A DNA stretch of 64,000 bases from Eledone cirrhosa (GCA_964016885.1 OZ024743.1:80848001-80912000), one strand, 5' to 3'. Counted from the stretch's first letter, positions 1 to 16,066 are shown. A program made the numbers and translations. Notes: a model not told the origin generated them from the letters alone.

Positions 1-1256
<1,256 letters not shown>

Positions 1257-1447
1257 GTGTTTTTAACCGTTGGTTAATCAATGATAAACGTTGATTGCCA
1301 AATAAATTAACTATGGAGATATAAAAGAGATAAAGAAGCGAAAACCAACCAAATAGTGAGTGTGTTCTGTTATTATTTCTGGCAATATTATTACAACAAT
1401 ATGACTCTCCCCCCAAGTATAACAATATATATATATATATATATATA

Positions 1448-1642
1448 GCGAGGGAAAAGTGGTAAGGAACCAGGTGGACCATAACGCACCAAAGTATTCA
1501 ATGCTTAGGGTAGTAGAGTGGGTAATAGGAGTAAGTAAGACCCCGACGGCTGAGCTCAAGCCGTTTCGACGGCTAATTCTGTTCTGAGAACAGAATTAGC
1601 CGTCGAAACGGCTTGAGCTCAGCCGTCGGGGTCTTACTTACT

Positions 1643-1646
<4 letters not shown>
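1448..1646. mobile_element. Fold-back mini-element, family A, in (TA)n
   Basis: Perfect ~60 bp inverted arms (1526-1585 / 1587-1646) containing the HHR 3' half GAAAcggct-tgagctc-agccgTC. Flanked by (TA)n and repeated at 8781, 17817, 26005, 46711 and 60642. Confidence 0.8.
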
Positions 1647-1713
<67 letters not shown>

Positions 1714-1849
1714 TTATGCGCTGAATATACCGTCTGGGCTTCCATTTATTAAAAAGGATTGATTGGCCCATTCTTCTTATGTCATTGCTCCAGTCACAAA
1801 AAACGCTATGTGGAGGTGCAGACCCATCTTGAATAATCTTATCACAGTA

Positions 1850-2165
1850 AGACTAAGCAATATCCCACACACCCAATGAATCATAAGATTGACTGTAAAA
1901 TAACTTTGGGACGTGTGATGCTCTTGAAGTTTGGATTTAAATGGGCCCCACAAAATCCTAATTTAAGCAGCCCTCCCCAGATTTTTTTCCTTTTGGCTAT
2001 CTAAAAGATAGAGCATATACCCACATTTCCAGGAGCATCAATGAACTAAAGGAAAACACCAGGGAGGAGATGACAGCCCCGGCTATGTCTGTTTGTAAAG
2101 ATATTATGTTAAACTTCATGGATCTCCCAAACTAGATTCAAACGGGGATCACTTGGAAGTTGAAC
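1850..2165 (+). pseudogene. Tc1/mariner transposase C-terminal relic
   Basis: Frameshifted pieces read W-PQ.PNLS..DFF..GYLKDRAY...SINELKEN.REEM...GDHLE, matching the WPPRSPDL.P.DFFLWGYLK motif. Confidence 0.7.
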
Positions 2166-2262
2166 TGCAGCTCTGGACTGAAACATCAGAAAATAGTGAA
2201 TGTTTTATATTATTAATAGATTCAACTAAATACATTCGAATATGCCGCAGTGTTTTAGTCAA

Positions 2263-2330
<68 letters not shown>

Positions 2331-2401
2331 TATATATATATACACGTACATATTTACACGTACTCACACACACACAGATATATATATATTTATATATATG
2401 C

Positions 2402-2443
<42 letters not shown>

Positions 2444-2568
2444 ATATATATAAATACACACACACACACACATGTATATATATATATATATATATATTCA
2501 TGCGTGTGTGTGTGCGCGCGCACTCACACACACAGACATACACATATATATGTACATATGTACATATG

Positions 2569-2620
<52 letters not shown>

Positions 2621-3015
2621 CGTGTGTACGCGTGTGTAGTAAGAGGTAAGTATGAAGAGGAAATGAGATATATCTGATATATATAGTGACTAGACTAGAC
2701 TATATGTCAATAAATGTGACCCTACATGGAGAAATATTGCAATTCCTGTAACAACAGGTGGTCACAGACAGCTTTGGGTAAACAGGAAAACACACATCTA
2801 TTCACGTCTAGACAAACACACACACATACGTTCCACCACATTTCAATAGACTAATTTAAATATGTATATATAATAGTAAAAGGAGGAATTGTTATGGCTT
2901 CAATACGTTTATTGAGTAGTGACGCATGTTTCGCTGTTGATCAGCTCAAGGTTCGATCTGTAACAATCTGGCCCGACTCTGGAATCAAAAGCTCGTCGGA
3001 CCTCTGTTGTGGTAA

Positions 3016-3080
<65 letters not shown>

Positions 3081-3107
3081 AACACACATATATATCTATA
3101 TATAAGA

Positions 3108-3985
3108 TGCAGCAGTTGCGACGCACTCCCAGCAAGAACTCCAGATGCTGATGGACCGCTTCTCCCAGGACTGCAGGGCTTTTGGACTGACTATCAGCCT
3201 TGGGAATACATACGTCTTGGGACAGGACACAGAGGCACCACAGGTCGTCAAAATCGATGACTATGAGATCGACGTCGTCCATCATTTCATCTACCTCGGT
3301 TCCACCATCACTGACAACCTCTCCCTGAACATAGAGCTCGACAGGGAAGGCAGCCACAACCAATGCCTGTGTCATCAGCACACTGCTGTATTGCAGTGAG
3401 ACATGGTCCTTATATGCTAGACAGAAGAAGCGACTCAATACCTTCCATCTAAGAAACCTGCGCCGTATCCTGGGTATTTCCTGGCAGGGCAGAGTGCCCA
3501 ACACCGAGGTCCTTATTCGTGTTGGCCTTCCCAGCATGTTTATCCTGCTCCGACAGCGAAGACTACGCTGGCTAGGACACGTCCACCGCATGAATAATGG
3601 TCACATCCCAAAAGACATCTCATATAGGGAGCTGGCCTCTGGAAAGAGAGCCACCAGTCGACCTTGGCTGCGATACAAGGACATTGTTAAGAGAGATATG
3701 AAGGCCATTGAGATCAGCCCAGAGTCCTGGAAGGGCTTCACAGCTGACAGGCCATGATGGCGAAACAACCTGAATCAACACCTCAAATCAGGGGAGTAGG
3801 GTTTGATGACAGTAGACGGGAGAGACCGACGAAAGGAGGTCAATACATCCAACAGACCAGAGACCATATAAGATGTGTTGAATGTGACAAAGACTGTCAC
3901 ACAAGTATAGGTCTGTTTAGTCACCAGAGGCACTGCTCCAGCTGTGCTGACAACAGGATGCTGACCAAAGGAGGCCTTAACTAAC
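3108..3985 (+). pseudogene. RTE-clade LINE, 5'-truncated RT C-terminus
   Basis: LMDRFSQDCRAFGLTISL, FIYLGSTI, ETWSLY, RQRRLRWLGHVHRM, RYKDIVKRDMK and a terminal C2H2-like CVEC...SHQRHC. Confidence 0.9.
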
Positions 3986-4126
3986 TTAATATATATGTAA
4001 AACTCTCTCCATCTATCAATATATAGACATGTGTGTGTATATTTGTTGTACATATTCATATGTGACGTGTGTGTGAATATACAACTATGTAACCACAGGT
4101 TACTCACATAATAACACTCCCACACA

Positions 4127-4161
<35 letters not shown>

Positions 4162-4348
4162 CAGGTTGGATTCAGTTTGAAACTCGTTAGACTATTACTC
4201 AGCAGATAACTCAATAGTTGGGGTTATGGAGTATGATTATATTATAATGAGAGGGACTCGACGGCTGAGCTTTTGCCGTTTCAAAAACTAGTTCGACAAT
4301 GACAGGAATTAGCTGTTGAATGTGTGTGTGTGTTGGTGTGTGTGTTTT

Positions 4349-4464
<116 letters not shown>

Positions 4465-4489
4465 TGTTTGTTTGTGTGTGTGTGTGTAA

Positions 4490-4720
4490 AAAGTAAACAG
4501 AAATACCAAATCTAACGACACAGTACATTGAAGAAATATATTAGTTTAACGTTTTGAAATAGCTGGAATAGTCTCTTAACGTTTCGGACACTAGTCCTTC
4601 ATCAGAAGATAGAGAAATGGAATATAAAATAGAAAGATAAAGAGTGAGAAGAGGGAGGAACGGGGAAAAGATGAATAAAAATCGGAGGAAAACTGCTACG
4701 TATTCAGTTACCCATTTTGA

Positions 4721-4722
<2 letters not shown>
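4490..4722 (-). mobile_element. PLE pseudo-LTR-like fragment with minimal HHR (4572-4612)
   Basis: Minus strand tctt CTGATGA aggac-tagt-gtcc GAAA cgtta. A diverged second copy lies at ~30895-31115. Confidence 0.7.
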
Positions 4723-4804
<82 letters not shown>

Positions 4805-5605
4805 CAAATAAGAATAGTTAGGACGGGATTATTTTACCATAATTGCCTTATTGCATGATATATATCTGTTACATGGTTCTATGTGCGACTTCATCAGACG
4901 CTTATGCAATCATAGATGTAAATATGCAATTATTAGGATATGTCCCTGGTCATGTATTACCATTTGAATAATGGGAATTCAATCACAGCTTTGATTGCTA
5001 TAAGTTGTAGTAGCTTTAGAAACTCGGGTAAAATACACTCAGGAATTTGTAAGGTTCGCATGTTGTCTCTCCGCAGAGTTACTGGAAAGTGTTTTATTTT
5101 TCAGTTTCTGTATTTTCCGTCTACCAAATGTCATTCACATGACGTTGTAGTAGAAAACACTTGCCGAAGGTGTCACTTAAAGGGACTGAACTCTGAGCCA
5201 GGTACTTCTAGACCAAACTCCTTAACCTAACAGCTATGCTAATTATTTCTCTTACATTTTTTTATAGCTCTATTCCTATATTTGCTTTCTTTCTTTATTA
5301 TTAATTTAAGTATTTTTTTCTAATGGCAGGTTGTCAGAGATATGTTTCTATGTTGACATACGCTGGAATTATGCCATGTTATTGACAAGAAAAATGAGAC
5401 TCTTATTGTATTTGACACATTTCCTCTGAACATTTGAGGACACCTTAAAATATATAAAAAATATGGAGATATAAACACATTCATCACAAGCGTACTTACA
5501 AAAAATATTAGCCAGTACACATCCTTCATATTTACACTCCGACGTGTATATATGTCAGTATGTAATGTTGTGTTTGATGGAGAGAGGAGCGAGAGAAAAA
5601 GTATA

Positions 5606-5684
<79 letters not shown>

Positions 5685-5858
5685 TAATATATATTCAAGA
5701 AATAATTGTTTCTACTTTTGGCACAAGGCCAGCAATTACTCAGTGCATTACTGGTACTTTATTTTATCGACCCCGGCTATCTGTATGTTCATGTGAGCGA
5801 GAATGAAAGAATTAGTGGATAAGCACAGGCATATCTATGTAAATGATTATTACAAAAA

Positions 5859-5905
<47 letters not shown>

Positions 5906-5927
5906 GTGTATATATATGTATATATAT

Positions 5928-6020
<93 letters not shown>

Positions 6021-6477
6021 ATCATTCGTTCCACAAGCCCTTGATAGCGGATTCGTAGGGACGCCACCATAATATATGCTGAACATTGGGTATTAAAAAC
6101 TTACGGAGCCTCTCTTTCTTCAACTGTGAATGCAGTTAATTTTTCCACATACCACAAGATCGATAGTGGGGTAGAATTGACTCTAGTACTGAAGTGATAC
6201 TTTGCTCCGTTGATGTGTTTTTGGTTTTGGCCTGTGATAAGAGGAATGTGATGGCAGTCCAAGCTAACCTTAACGCTATTCATGTGAAATATCTGTGTAA
6301 TAAAAAAGTATTACTTTGCCAAATATAGTTCCTTGCAGCATGTATAGTAAAGTCTACTTTATAAAGAGGAACATTACCTGCTTAAATTCCCTCTATAACT
6401 TAGACGTATATTTTCATAATATTTCAATGTTTAATGTCACTAGGCTTCTGCTTATTAAAATAAAGTAGTGGCTATTA

Positions 6478-6595
6478 TTGTTTCTACTTTTAGCACAAGG
6501 CCAGCAATTATTCCAGTATATTACTGGTACTTTATTTTATCGACTCCGTAAGGATGAAAGGCAAAGTTAACCTCGGCGGGATTTGAACTCAGACC
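6478..6595 (-). mobile_element. tRNA-derived SINE, partial
   Basis: Reverse complement of the 14970-15162 consensus (B box gagttcaaatcc, gcctttcatcc core). A shorter piece lies at 5705-5775. Confidence 0.85.
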
Positions 6596-6843
6596 ATAAT
6601 CATTTATTCCAAACACCTTCCCTGTCTCTCTCTCTCTCCTTATATATATATTTGTATACACACATACACATATATATACACACATACATATATATATATA
6701 AATAGAGTTTGTGTTGGTTAGTTATCGACACTTCAGTATACAGGGTAGAGCACTCGACGAAGTGCGCAGGTGGGTCTGTTTACTCCGGAGTAATTTAAAA
6801 ACAAGAAGTGTAAGGTTAAAATTAACTTCGTTTATTCATATTT

Positions 6844-6902
6844 GCTGTAATATATATTTCAGTGATAACCATTACTCAATAGTTATGACCTCATCAGACA
6901 GC
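6844..6902 (-). ncRNA. Hammerhead ribozyme motif
   Basis: gctgt CTGATGA ggtcataac...gttatcact GAAA tatata TT acagc. Confidence 0.6.
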
Positions 6903-7624
6903 TAGAACTTGAACTGAAAAAAGCAGAAAAATAAATTTTACCCTCGTTATTTCGGTCCTTTGATATGCCCAGTCCCGAAGTATGGTGTGTGTTTGTGTGA
7001 GTCTGTATAGTATCCATTGTTTCCGAAAATAAAAAGATCACAAATTTCTAATACGTTCGTAACCATTTTAAACACTATAGAAAGCCCCGAAAGCTGTGAA
7101 CACATAGAAACACATAGAAACACATATAAACACATACAAACACTTATAGACAGATAATAACATATACTCACACATATAAATATGTATAGACACATACACA
7201 CAAATATAAACACATATAAACACATATAAACACATATAAACACATTCAAACACACAACATTACTGACAGAGACATACACGTACATAAAGTGGGAACATGT
7301 TTACTACATTACACCCTGGAGACCAATCATAGATCAAAACAATGTATATATATACACACCGTTGTATATGTGTATATAAACATGTGTGTGTGTGTATAGT
7401 GTATATAGAGCAGTGTGTGTGTATGGCAATCAATTAGAGTTCCACTCGGGATGAGACAAGCAATCAATGAGATTATCTGCTTCATGCAATCAATTCTTCC
7501 GCTCAACATTTTCTGTAAGAACATTAGCGACACCAATTACATTGACTACCATTTCGAACGAGCATTTCATCTCTCTCTCTCTCTTTCTTTCCTGCTATAT
7601 CTCCCTCTCTCCTTATGCATGTAT

Positions 7625-7670
<46 letters not shown>

Positions 7671-7959
7671 TTTCGGCATTTTTTGTCCTCCTCATTCTCG
7701 CATTGTGTCTCGTACATATATATCTCTGTCTCTCGTTCACCATCACTACCCCTCTCTTTATATCTATTTATCTATCTCTATATGGACAACTCTGTTTTTT
7801 CTGCCCCCCCCCCCTCTCTCACACACATAACAATATATATGTGATCAGTCAGATCACACATATATCATAAATCAATATACGACTAATTTGTGGTTCGATT
7901 CCCCCTAGAGGTGCTCTCCATTTTTTTCCTCTATATCACTATTATAATAGTCAAATGTC

Positions 7960-8540
7960 TGGTAAAATAAGCGAGTTTGGCTTTTACATCCTCCCTTCCC
8001 CCTCTTGATTCCGGAATCCTGAAGCTGGCGTATCACTGCACCAGCTCCTGCAATACTTGCACTTAATTCAGCCTCGTACTTTCCATCATTCGTGAACACG
8101 ATCCCGAGATACTTGCACTTCCTTACCTGCTTCAGTGGAACTCCATTCAAATGCAGGGTGTATTGCGCAGACTTCTGGTCTCCATGACAACCCTTACCTA
8201 TGGTCATGGATCTTAAGTAAACAACGAAAGAATAGGGTCGTGAATACGAGCGACCGGAATGGGGTTCATCGGAAGGGTTTTTGAAGTAAGGATATTCGAT
8301 AAACTGCGTAGCTCGGAGATGAGAGAGTCCCCCGGGCAGAGGCACTACTTCTCTGAATTGAAAGATCAGAGCTCTGATATTACGGCTATGTAATTAAAGT
8401 GTCTCAGGAAAGAATCGCTGGACAGATTTTACGGTCAAAACCAACAGGTAGGGGACCCAGGGGTAGACACCCAGCAAGATGGTTGGATAACATCTATGAG
8501 CTTGGCTGGTCACGCTTGGGGATCCACCGGGTCAGTTGAC
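7960..8540. pseudogene. RTE-clade (Rex3/Expander-like) LINE fragment with 5' inversion
   Basis: Minus 7960-8180 reads LNGVPLKQVRKCKYLGIVFTNDGK. Plus ~8190-8540 gives the downstream part (DKLRSSEMRE...KPTGRGPRGR..RWLDNI..LGWSRLG). Confidence 0.8.
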
Positions 8541-8738
8541 GGTTGCTTCTTGCAGGACCTTCACTTTGAACAGTTTAGGTGCTTTGAACCCTCAACTCGA
8601 CCGTCAGAGGTGTTACCGTCTTAAACTATGGAGCTGAATCATAGTTTTTAAATGTAAAGAAACATCGTAGGCCCTCTCTCGGAGGTTTACGTAGCGGCCG
8701 ATGGCAACTTCCTTTACGCTCTCTAAAATATCTCACCC

Positions 8739-8780
<42 letters not shown>

Positions 8781-8783
<3 letters not shown>

Positions 8784-8955
8784 AGGAAATGTGGTAAGGA
8801 ACCAGGTGGACCATAACGCACCAAAGTACTAAATACTTAGGGTAGTAGAGTGGGTAATAGGAACAAGTAAGACCCCGACGGCTGAGCTCAAGCCGTTTCG
8901 ACAGAATTAGCCGTCGAAACGGCTTGAGCTCAGCCGTCGGGGTCTTACTTGTTCC

Positions 8956-8957
<2 letters not shown>
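8781..8957. mobile_element. Fold-back mini-element, family A
   Basis: Same sequence as 1448-1646, with the hairpin turning at ~8900 and (TA)n on both sides. Confidence 0.8.
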
Positions 8958-8996
<39 letters not shown>

Positions 8997-9125
8997 TGTA
9001 TTTGAAATGTATGTGTCCTAGCGTTAATGACCATGGCCTGGGGAGGGATCCTCATTTCCGTTGGGACACATACATTTCAAATTTTCCAAATGCTTCTTAA
9101 GCCAACCCCTTTATTTATGTGTGTA

Positions 9126-9162
<37 letters not shown>

Positions 9163-9583
9163 GTAGACACATCAACATATATATGGTTACGCACAGAGGC
9201 ACACACAAACACACTTATACTGTCTCACACACACACGCACACACACATACATAGAATCTAATGTGTGTTCTCATTTCCGATGTGAAGAGGTGAGAGTAAA
9301 GACACAACATTATGAAAAAGTCTAGGTACACCTGTTATGGGGCGACCTGTTACTCAGTCAATGTTTTTAAGACAGGGTCTTTAAAGGTCCTCCCGAGAGT
9401 TGATAAGGTTTAGCCTCTGTCACAAACTCACATATATGTGTAATATAACAAAGGACAGAAGACAAAATATATTAAAACACAGATGGAAAAAATATTTATA
9501 AAAAAGGAAGACAAACGGAATCTATGAAATGTGTGTCAGTCGGTCGTTTGGAGACTGAAAATATGGGTGAGAAAGTAGATAGT

Positions 9584-9625
<42 letters not shown>

Positions 9626-9637
9626 TATACACACACT

Positions 9638-9669
<32 letters not shown>

Positions 9670-9708
9670 CATATACATCAATAACATATGCATACATCCA
9701 TGTATATA

Positions 9709-9740
<32 letters not shown>

Positions 9741-9778
9741 CATATACATACACACGCACACGCACACACATACACACA

Positions 9779-9816
<38 letters not shown>

Positions 9817-9846
9817 CATAAATAATATATGCATTCCATTCATACA

Positions 9847-9904
<58 letters not shown>

Positions 9905-10198
9905 ATATGCGTACGCACATATGCATAGAAAGGGAGAGTGTTTGTGAGAGCGAGAGACAGAGAGAGAAAGGGATTAAAAGACCCCCCCCCCCCCCTCCAC
10001 CACCACACACTAAACAAAAACGAAACACTGCAATATTTGCTGCTAGTTTTTATAGAATATCATTACTGTCAAACGTTGTAGTGTTGCCTTCACCTTTTTG
10101 ATCTTCAGAAAAAGTCTTTTGCAATCTAGAATCAAACATGGATTATGGCAGCAGGAATATCCATCACTTAGAATATTTACCATAATATCCTCCAGCTC

Positions 10199-10315
<117 letters not shown>

Positions 10316-10694
10316 ATATATATATTTATATATATCAAAGTCAAAACTATATATGCAAATCTGAAATGTATGTATAAAACTATTTATGATGGTATATAAT
10401 TGCCAAGTAGTTTCAGAATTAGTTCAATGTATTTATATATTATTTGTCTGAAGAAAACGTAGATTTTTTTTTAGGGAAAAATAGGGGGAAAGGCAGACAT
10501 AAACAGACACCAACTATAATCAGCTATATAGATGGAAACAGCTTTTAAATCATTTTTAATCCTTTACAAATGTTTGCAGGCTTAACTTCCAGACTATGCA
10601 TTTCCTAATAACACAGAGGAATTTTTGAAATGGGTATGTTTTGCTAATTAGGGTTTTTATACACTCTTTTATTTATTGGTATTATACCATGAGT

Positions 10695-12330
10695 TTATTT
10701 TATTTGCCTTATTCCTAATCCTTTCTTCCAAAATTTGCTCTTATAAATGGGGCAAGTCCCATTTGCATCATTTTCTACAATCTTTGCCCATTTGGTTCTA
10801 GCTCCTTTATATACCCTGATCTTGTCTCTCTGATTGCAGCCAGAGAACTGCATGTGGTGCATGAAGTGTTGTATGTGTCTCTCTAATTTGTTAGGGTGCA
10901 CATGCAGGACACGTTCCTCATCACCTTTATTAAGTGCACAATCAGAATGTTGATTTTTATGTGGCCCAAAACAGCTGAGTTTCTAAATAGATTTCTGTGT
11001 CTAGTACGGGTAATATATGGTTGGGGTGTTTAGTTGGTAGTCTATAGTAACTTTTAATTATCTGGTGGGTAGAATAAGCAATGTGCTGGATGCTTTCCAT
11101 GGTGTTTTTCTCTAATTGCTGACTGTTCTCCTGTGGGGGTGTTTTTACTACGATATTTATGTCATCTAGGTAGCGGGAGTACATAGTCAGGGTTATAAAA
11201 TTGTCGTTTAATTGTCCCTTAAATCTTCTGTCCCACCATACCATAAAAAGATTAGCTATGTCACCTGCAATGTAATGCCAATGGCTGACCCTCCTCTTGG
11301 GCATATGTTTTGCCATTAAACTTGAACATATGTTCCTTAAGGGTTAGTTTTATACTGGCCCTCACCGCATGTGTGATAATTTTTTTTAAATTCATCATGC
11401 TTTTCGGGGGTCCGTATGGCTCTGGACAACCCGCTCCATCTTCTGTGTGGGTCTTCTTGGCCCTTGAGGTAATGGTAGGTGGTCTGCCTATTTCTGGCCT
11501 TGTGAGCAAGAGGCTGCTGAGGTCATTTGTGTCTAAATATTCCTTATTATATGTGAGTTTCAGTAGGAGTCCCAGCTCACTGATAACAATCCCACGGAAT
11601 CACTCCTCGCTCTCGTCAATCATTTCTACGCATTTTTCCACAGCAAAATCAACGTCGATGGTTGGGTACAGAGATGCTTCATCCATGCTACCTATTGTAC
11701 AACCTGTTAGATCCCTAGACAGGTTGGATTCGTTGATTCTGCCGAGGAGTTCCTCCGTGCTCTCGCATATATTTGGGGAGATTTCGATGATAGGGCGTAT
11801 GATAAGGGAGAGGAAGTAGGAGAGTCTGTAGTTGTTAGCAATGTTAGTTCCACAGACTAACCATGTTGGTTTTCCTGTGACTGGGTCGCTATTTGCCCTG
11901 TGGTCTTTTTGAAGCCCATACAGAACTGGCACGTCGTTGTTCCAGGCCTGGAAGTTGTTGGCAGTCCGTTTATTAGGCTGCATTATGCTAGTCCACATCA
12001 TCATATGAGCGTTGGTGGTTTTTTTCCCTTTCCTCATGCTCATGTGTTTTTACTTCTCTTGTGTTGATGATGTGGGGTTGCATTGCCTGAATGTAGTTTG
12101 GCAGGCTGTCAACTGACATTCTGCCAGACTTGTCTGTTGGAAAGCATACAATCTGTATATTTCGTGAACGCTGCATGAGTTTACGCAAGCTATTTGCAGA
12201 TTTCCCCAGTTGCTGAATTCTATTCTGTTTCCTGCTATGCTGATCTAGAATCTTTTTAAGTTTAGTTCTAGTTATTGTAAATTGTGCCTCTGTGTTTGGC
12301 CATCAGCTTATGACAGTAAACCCGATCGTT
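10695..12330 (-). pseudogene. Penelope-like element reverse transcriptase, frameshifted
   Basis: PTDKSGRMSV, PVLYGLQKDH, GSMDEASLYPTID, FNGKTYAQ, AGDIANLFMVWWD, YSRYLDDI, LPVLD across five ORF pieces. Confidence 0.9.
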
Positions 12331-12794
12331 TGGTAAACGAAAGCGTCAGAGGGTAAATGCGTCGCATGTCGAAGGACATATCATGTTGGCCATTGAAGGT
12401 GGAATTCGAGGGTGTATTGTTTGCTATGTTGTTATCAATTGTGTTGTTGTCTCTACTTCCACCAACAGCTTCATGGTTGCTTCTATATCTCTCATTCTTT
12501 CTCCTGTCCCTTCCTCCTGTGTCACTGTTTTTTTTTCTAATCTATTTTGTGTGTCAGTGTGTTCGTCCTGGTTATCTGCCCTGTATTTGTCATTGTTTTC
12601 TCTACCTCTCTCGTTGTTATTACCTCTGTGTCACTGTCATTTCCTAACCTGTTTTCTGTGTCTGTGTCTGTTATTGGGATATTTATCGTGGTGGGAAGCA
12701 TAGTATGTGTTGCGTGTGTGTGTATTGTTGTGTGTTGTTTAGTGTCTATGTGTGTTTTGTTATTGTTGTGTGTGTGTTGTTATTGTTATTATTG

Positions 12795-12885
<91 letters not shown>

Positions 12886-13414
12886 GTTGTCGTTGTCATT
12901 GTTGTTTGTGTTGTTGATGTTATTTTTTAGTATCGATCTTATTTTTGTAATCTCAGATATACATTCTATCATATTTACCTTATTATATGTAGCATATCTA
13001 GGTGGGTATATAAAGGAGCCAGAACCAAAGATTGTAGAAAAGGATTCAAATAGGACTTGCCCTATGTATTGGAGCAAATTTTGAGCAAAATGTTGAGTGT
13101 CCAATAAGTTCCACGAATCGATTAAAGATGTTTATCATTTTTTTAATTTACAGAGACATTCATATTTTGTCATGTTTACATGCCATCATATAAGCTATGT
13201 GTATATATTTATACAAGTTAGTACAGTCTCGGTTACACTCTCTGTATTTATACAGATATAACATTATCATACACTTCAGCTGCAGTCTCAGTTCTCATTA
13301 TATCTTAATTAATTAACAACACACGCGCTAATTATATGCAAATTAATATGTCCAATTCATAATAATGCAAGGCGGGAATGGGTATATATGGTGGTTGTGT
13401 GGATGATATACAGG

Positions 13415-13456
13415 ATTTCTGATGAGGGACCAATTAGACCCGAAAATTGATGAAAG
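13415..13456 (+). ncRNA. Minimal HHR motif, probably in an inverted pseudo-LTR of the adjacent PLE
   Basis: ttt CTGATGA gggac-caatta-gaccc GAAA. 13003-13083 is an inverted, diverged copy of 10730-10817. Confidence 0.55.
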
Positions 13457-13665
13457 ATGTTTTTTATTTCTTTCAATTTACAGGGGAATTCGTATTTTCT
13501 GGCATCTTTACAAGCCTACATGTCAAATATGAGTGTACATTTCTACAGCATATATACAGTTGTGGTTACAAAGGGAAGAAAACAGCAATCAACACATCGT
13601 GTATAAGTCGAGTGTTTATATTGACAGATTGTCTTAACTCTGGGACTACCATTATGTCTATTTCG

Positions 13666-13706
<41 letters not shown>

Positions 13707-14114
13707 AAAATGAACGGGAACAAAACAGAGAGGCAGTACGAACAAAGGTTTATTAGTTTCACGCTCATCAGAGTGGGGGGTGGTGGGTATATATATATAT
13801 ATACTTACTCTCTTTAATCCTCTCCTCTGCTAACTGTATCGATACATACACACACTCTCATATAAGTAGAGTCATGTGACGAGTGTGAAAATACTTCAAT
13901 CAACTGAGACCTTGCAATTTCAACACTGTAATTCCCTTCTGGGAGGCTGGTCAGATCATGAGAAGCATGCAAGAGAAAGAAGGTTTATTTGCACAGTTTT
14001 GCAGTAGGAGACTGTCTATAAGTCACCTTGCTTTCTTTCAATCTTATTAGATCTGTTAAGAGTAATGACATTAGTGGCAATGTTATCATTAATTTTATTA
14101 TTATTATCAATAAT

Positions 14115-14675
14115 AATTGTTTCTACGTTTGACACAAGGCCAGCAATTACCCCCAGTGCATTACTGGTGCTTGATTTTATCGACTCCGTAAAGATGAAGC
14201 TAACTTCGGTCGGATTTTAATCCAGAACGTAAAGGGCCATCACTCTATGTTGCAAAGCATGGTTTCTGACGCTCTATAATAATAATTCTGATTTAGGCAC
14301 AAGGCCAACAATTTTAGGTTGGGTGAGAGTACTTCATTCTATCGACCCTGTAAGGATGAAAGGTAAAGATAAACTGGGTGGGATTCGAACACAAAACGTA
14401 AAAGGTCGTACCTCTATGCTGCAAAGCATGGTGTCTGACGCTCTACCAATGCTGCCAGTTGATCACCCTATCAATAATAATCGTTTCTGATTTAGACACA
14501 AGACCAATAATTTTAGCGGAGAAGAAAGTCGATTAAATCGACCCAAGTGCGTCGCTGGAACTTTATGTTATCGACCCCGTAAGAATGAAAGGGAAAGCTA
14601 ATCTAGGCAGGATTTGAACTTAGAATGAAAAGGGATATAACTCTATGGCATAAAGCATAATTTCAGACGCTCTGG
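14115..14675 (-). mobile_element. Three head-to-tail SINE copies
   Basis: Units begin at ~14115, ~14285 and ~14482, each with cacaaggcca...atcgacccc gtaaggatgaaagg...gatttgaac. Confidence 0.85.
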
Positions 14676-14969
14676 TTTCTTTTATTTGCAACAATGGCAT
14701 CGGATGTAGAAGATATTGCAAATTCAATTTACAACATTAAGTTAGAGGCTTACATAGAACTAAGAAAATGAGCAACAAGTATGGTATATGCGTTAGATAT
14801 ACATACTATATACTATATATTCTATTGCTTCTTCCTGGTACAGAGAGCTGAATACCTAATCGAGGAACCCACTGACCACAATCTCCTTTACTACCAAGGG
14901 TGAGTGCCGTCAAGGCAAATGCTGAGGGTAGTCCCATTCATTCTTATTATTTTCCCTACTTTCCCTACA

Positions 14970-15162
14970 TAGGCGGTGGATTGGCAGTATTGGTAGAGTG
15001 TCGGATGCCATGCTTTGGCGCATAGAGTTACGGCCCTTGCCATTCTGAGTTCAAATCCCGCCGAGGTTAACTTTGCCTTTCATCCTTACGAGGTCGATAA
15101 AATAAAGTACCAGTAATACACTGGGTAATTGCTGGCCTTGTGCCTAAAGTAGAAACAATTAT
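14970..15162 (+). mobile_element. Full-length tRNA-derived SINE (octopus-type)
   Basis: A-box-like tggcagtattggtaga, B box gagttcaaatcc, core gcctttcatccttacgaggtcgataaaataaagtaccag, tail gtgcctaaagtagaaacaattatt. Confidence 0.9.
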
Positions 15163-15585
15163 TTTCCATACTTTCATCCATCATCTTGTAAATTTACAGG
15201 AGGACAACACCTCCCTCAAGTTCCTTTACAAATCAAACTTAAAAGATGAGATCGTGACCGAAGAGGAGTGTGTTTGTCTTAAGACCTTTCAGTCTTTTCC
15301 ACCAAACAACCAGGTTCGCCACCAGGCATAGGAAACTGGCCGCCCCTCTCCTTTAAAGGAAGGCGGTGGTAAGCAATGTCGGACAACATGGCTTGTGGTG
15401 TTTGTAACAATTATTTACGTTATTATTTCAGATCCAACCGAGGTCAATTTTGCCTTTCATCCTTAATGGGTCAATACAATAAAATACTAGTAACGTACTG
15501 GGTCGATTTAATCGACTTTCTCATTGCCTTCAAACTGCTGGCCTTGTGTCAAGTGTAGAAAGAAGTATTATTATTATTTTTATTC

Positions 15586-15671
<86 letters not shown>

Positions 15672-15681
15672 CAGTAGTATC

Positions 15682-15740
<59 letters not shown>
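15586..15740. repeat. (AGT)n microsatellite following a SINE fragment (15430-15570)
   Basis: Direct inspection; another (AGT)n at 20008-20077. Confidence 0.95.
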
Positions 15741-16019
15741 ACCAAAAAAGAAAAAAAACGGAATAAGTAAGGAAGTGATAATATGAAAGTGTGATAATAA
15801 TGTTGAAAATATTCCTGTTTCTGTATTTGTTTTGTTGGAGAGTGGCAACAGTAGGGATGGTCAGATATGGATCTTTGAAAAGATGGATAAGTTTACAATA
15901 CCATCTCATCAATTTAGATCCAACCAAGAACGGTAACGATTTCTTAACTCAAATACAAACATTAAAGAACGACGAAAGAATTGACTTGAAAAAAAAATCG
16001 CTTATGTAAATATATGCGT

Positions 16020-16062
<43 letters not shown>

Positions 16063-16066
<4 letters not shown>

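Noticed and set aside
14970-15065. tRNA gene suggested by A and B boxes
   Set aside because: No cloverleaf or acceptor stem; it is the head of a multi-copy SINE.
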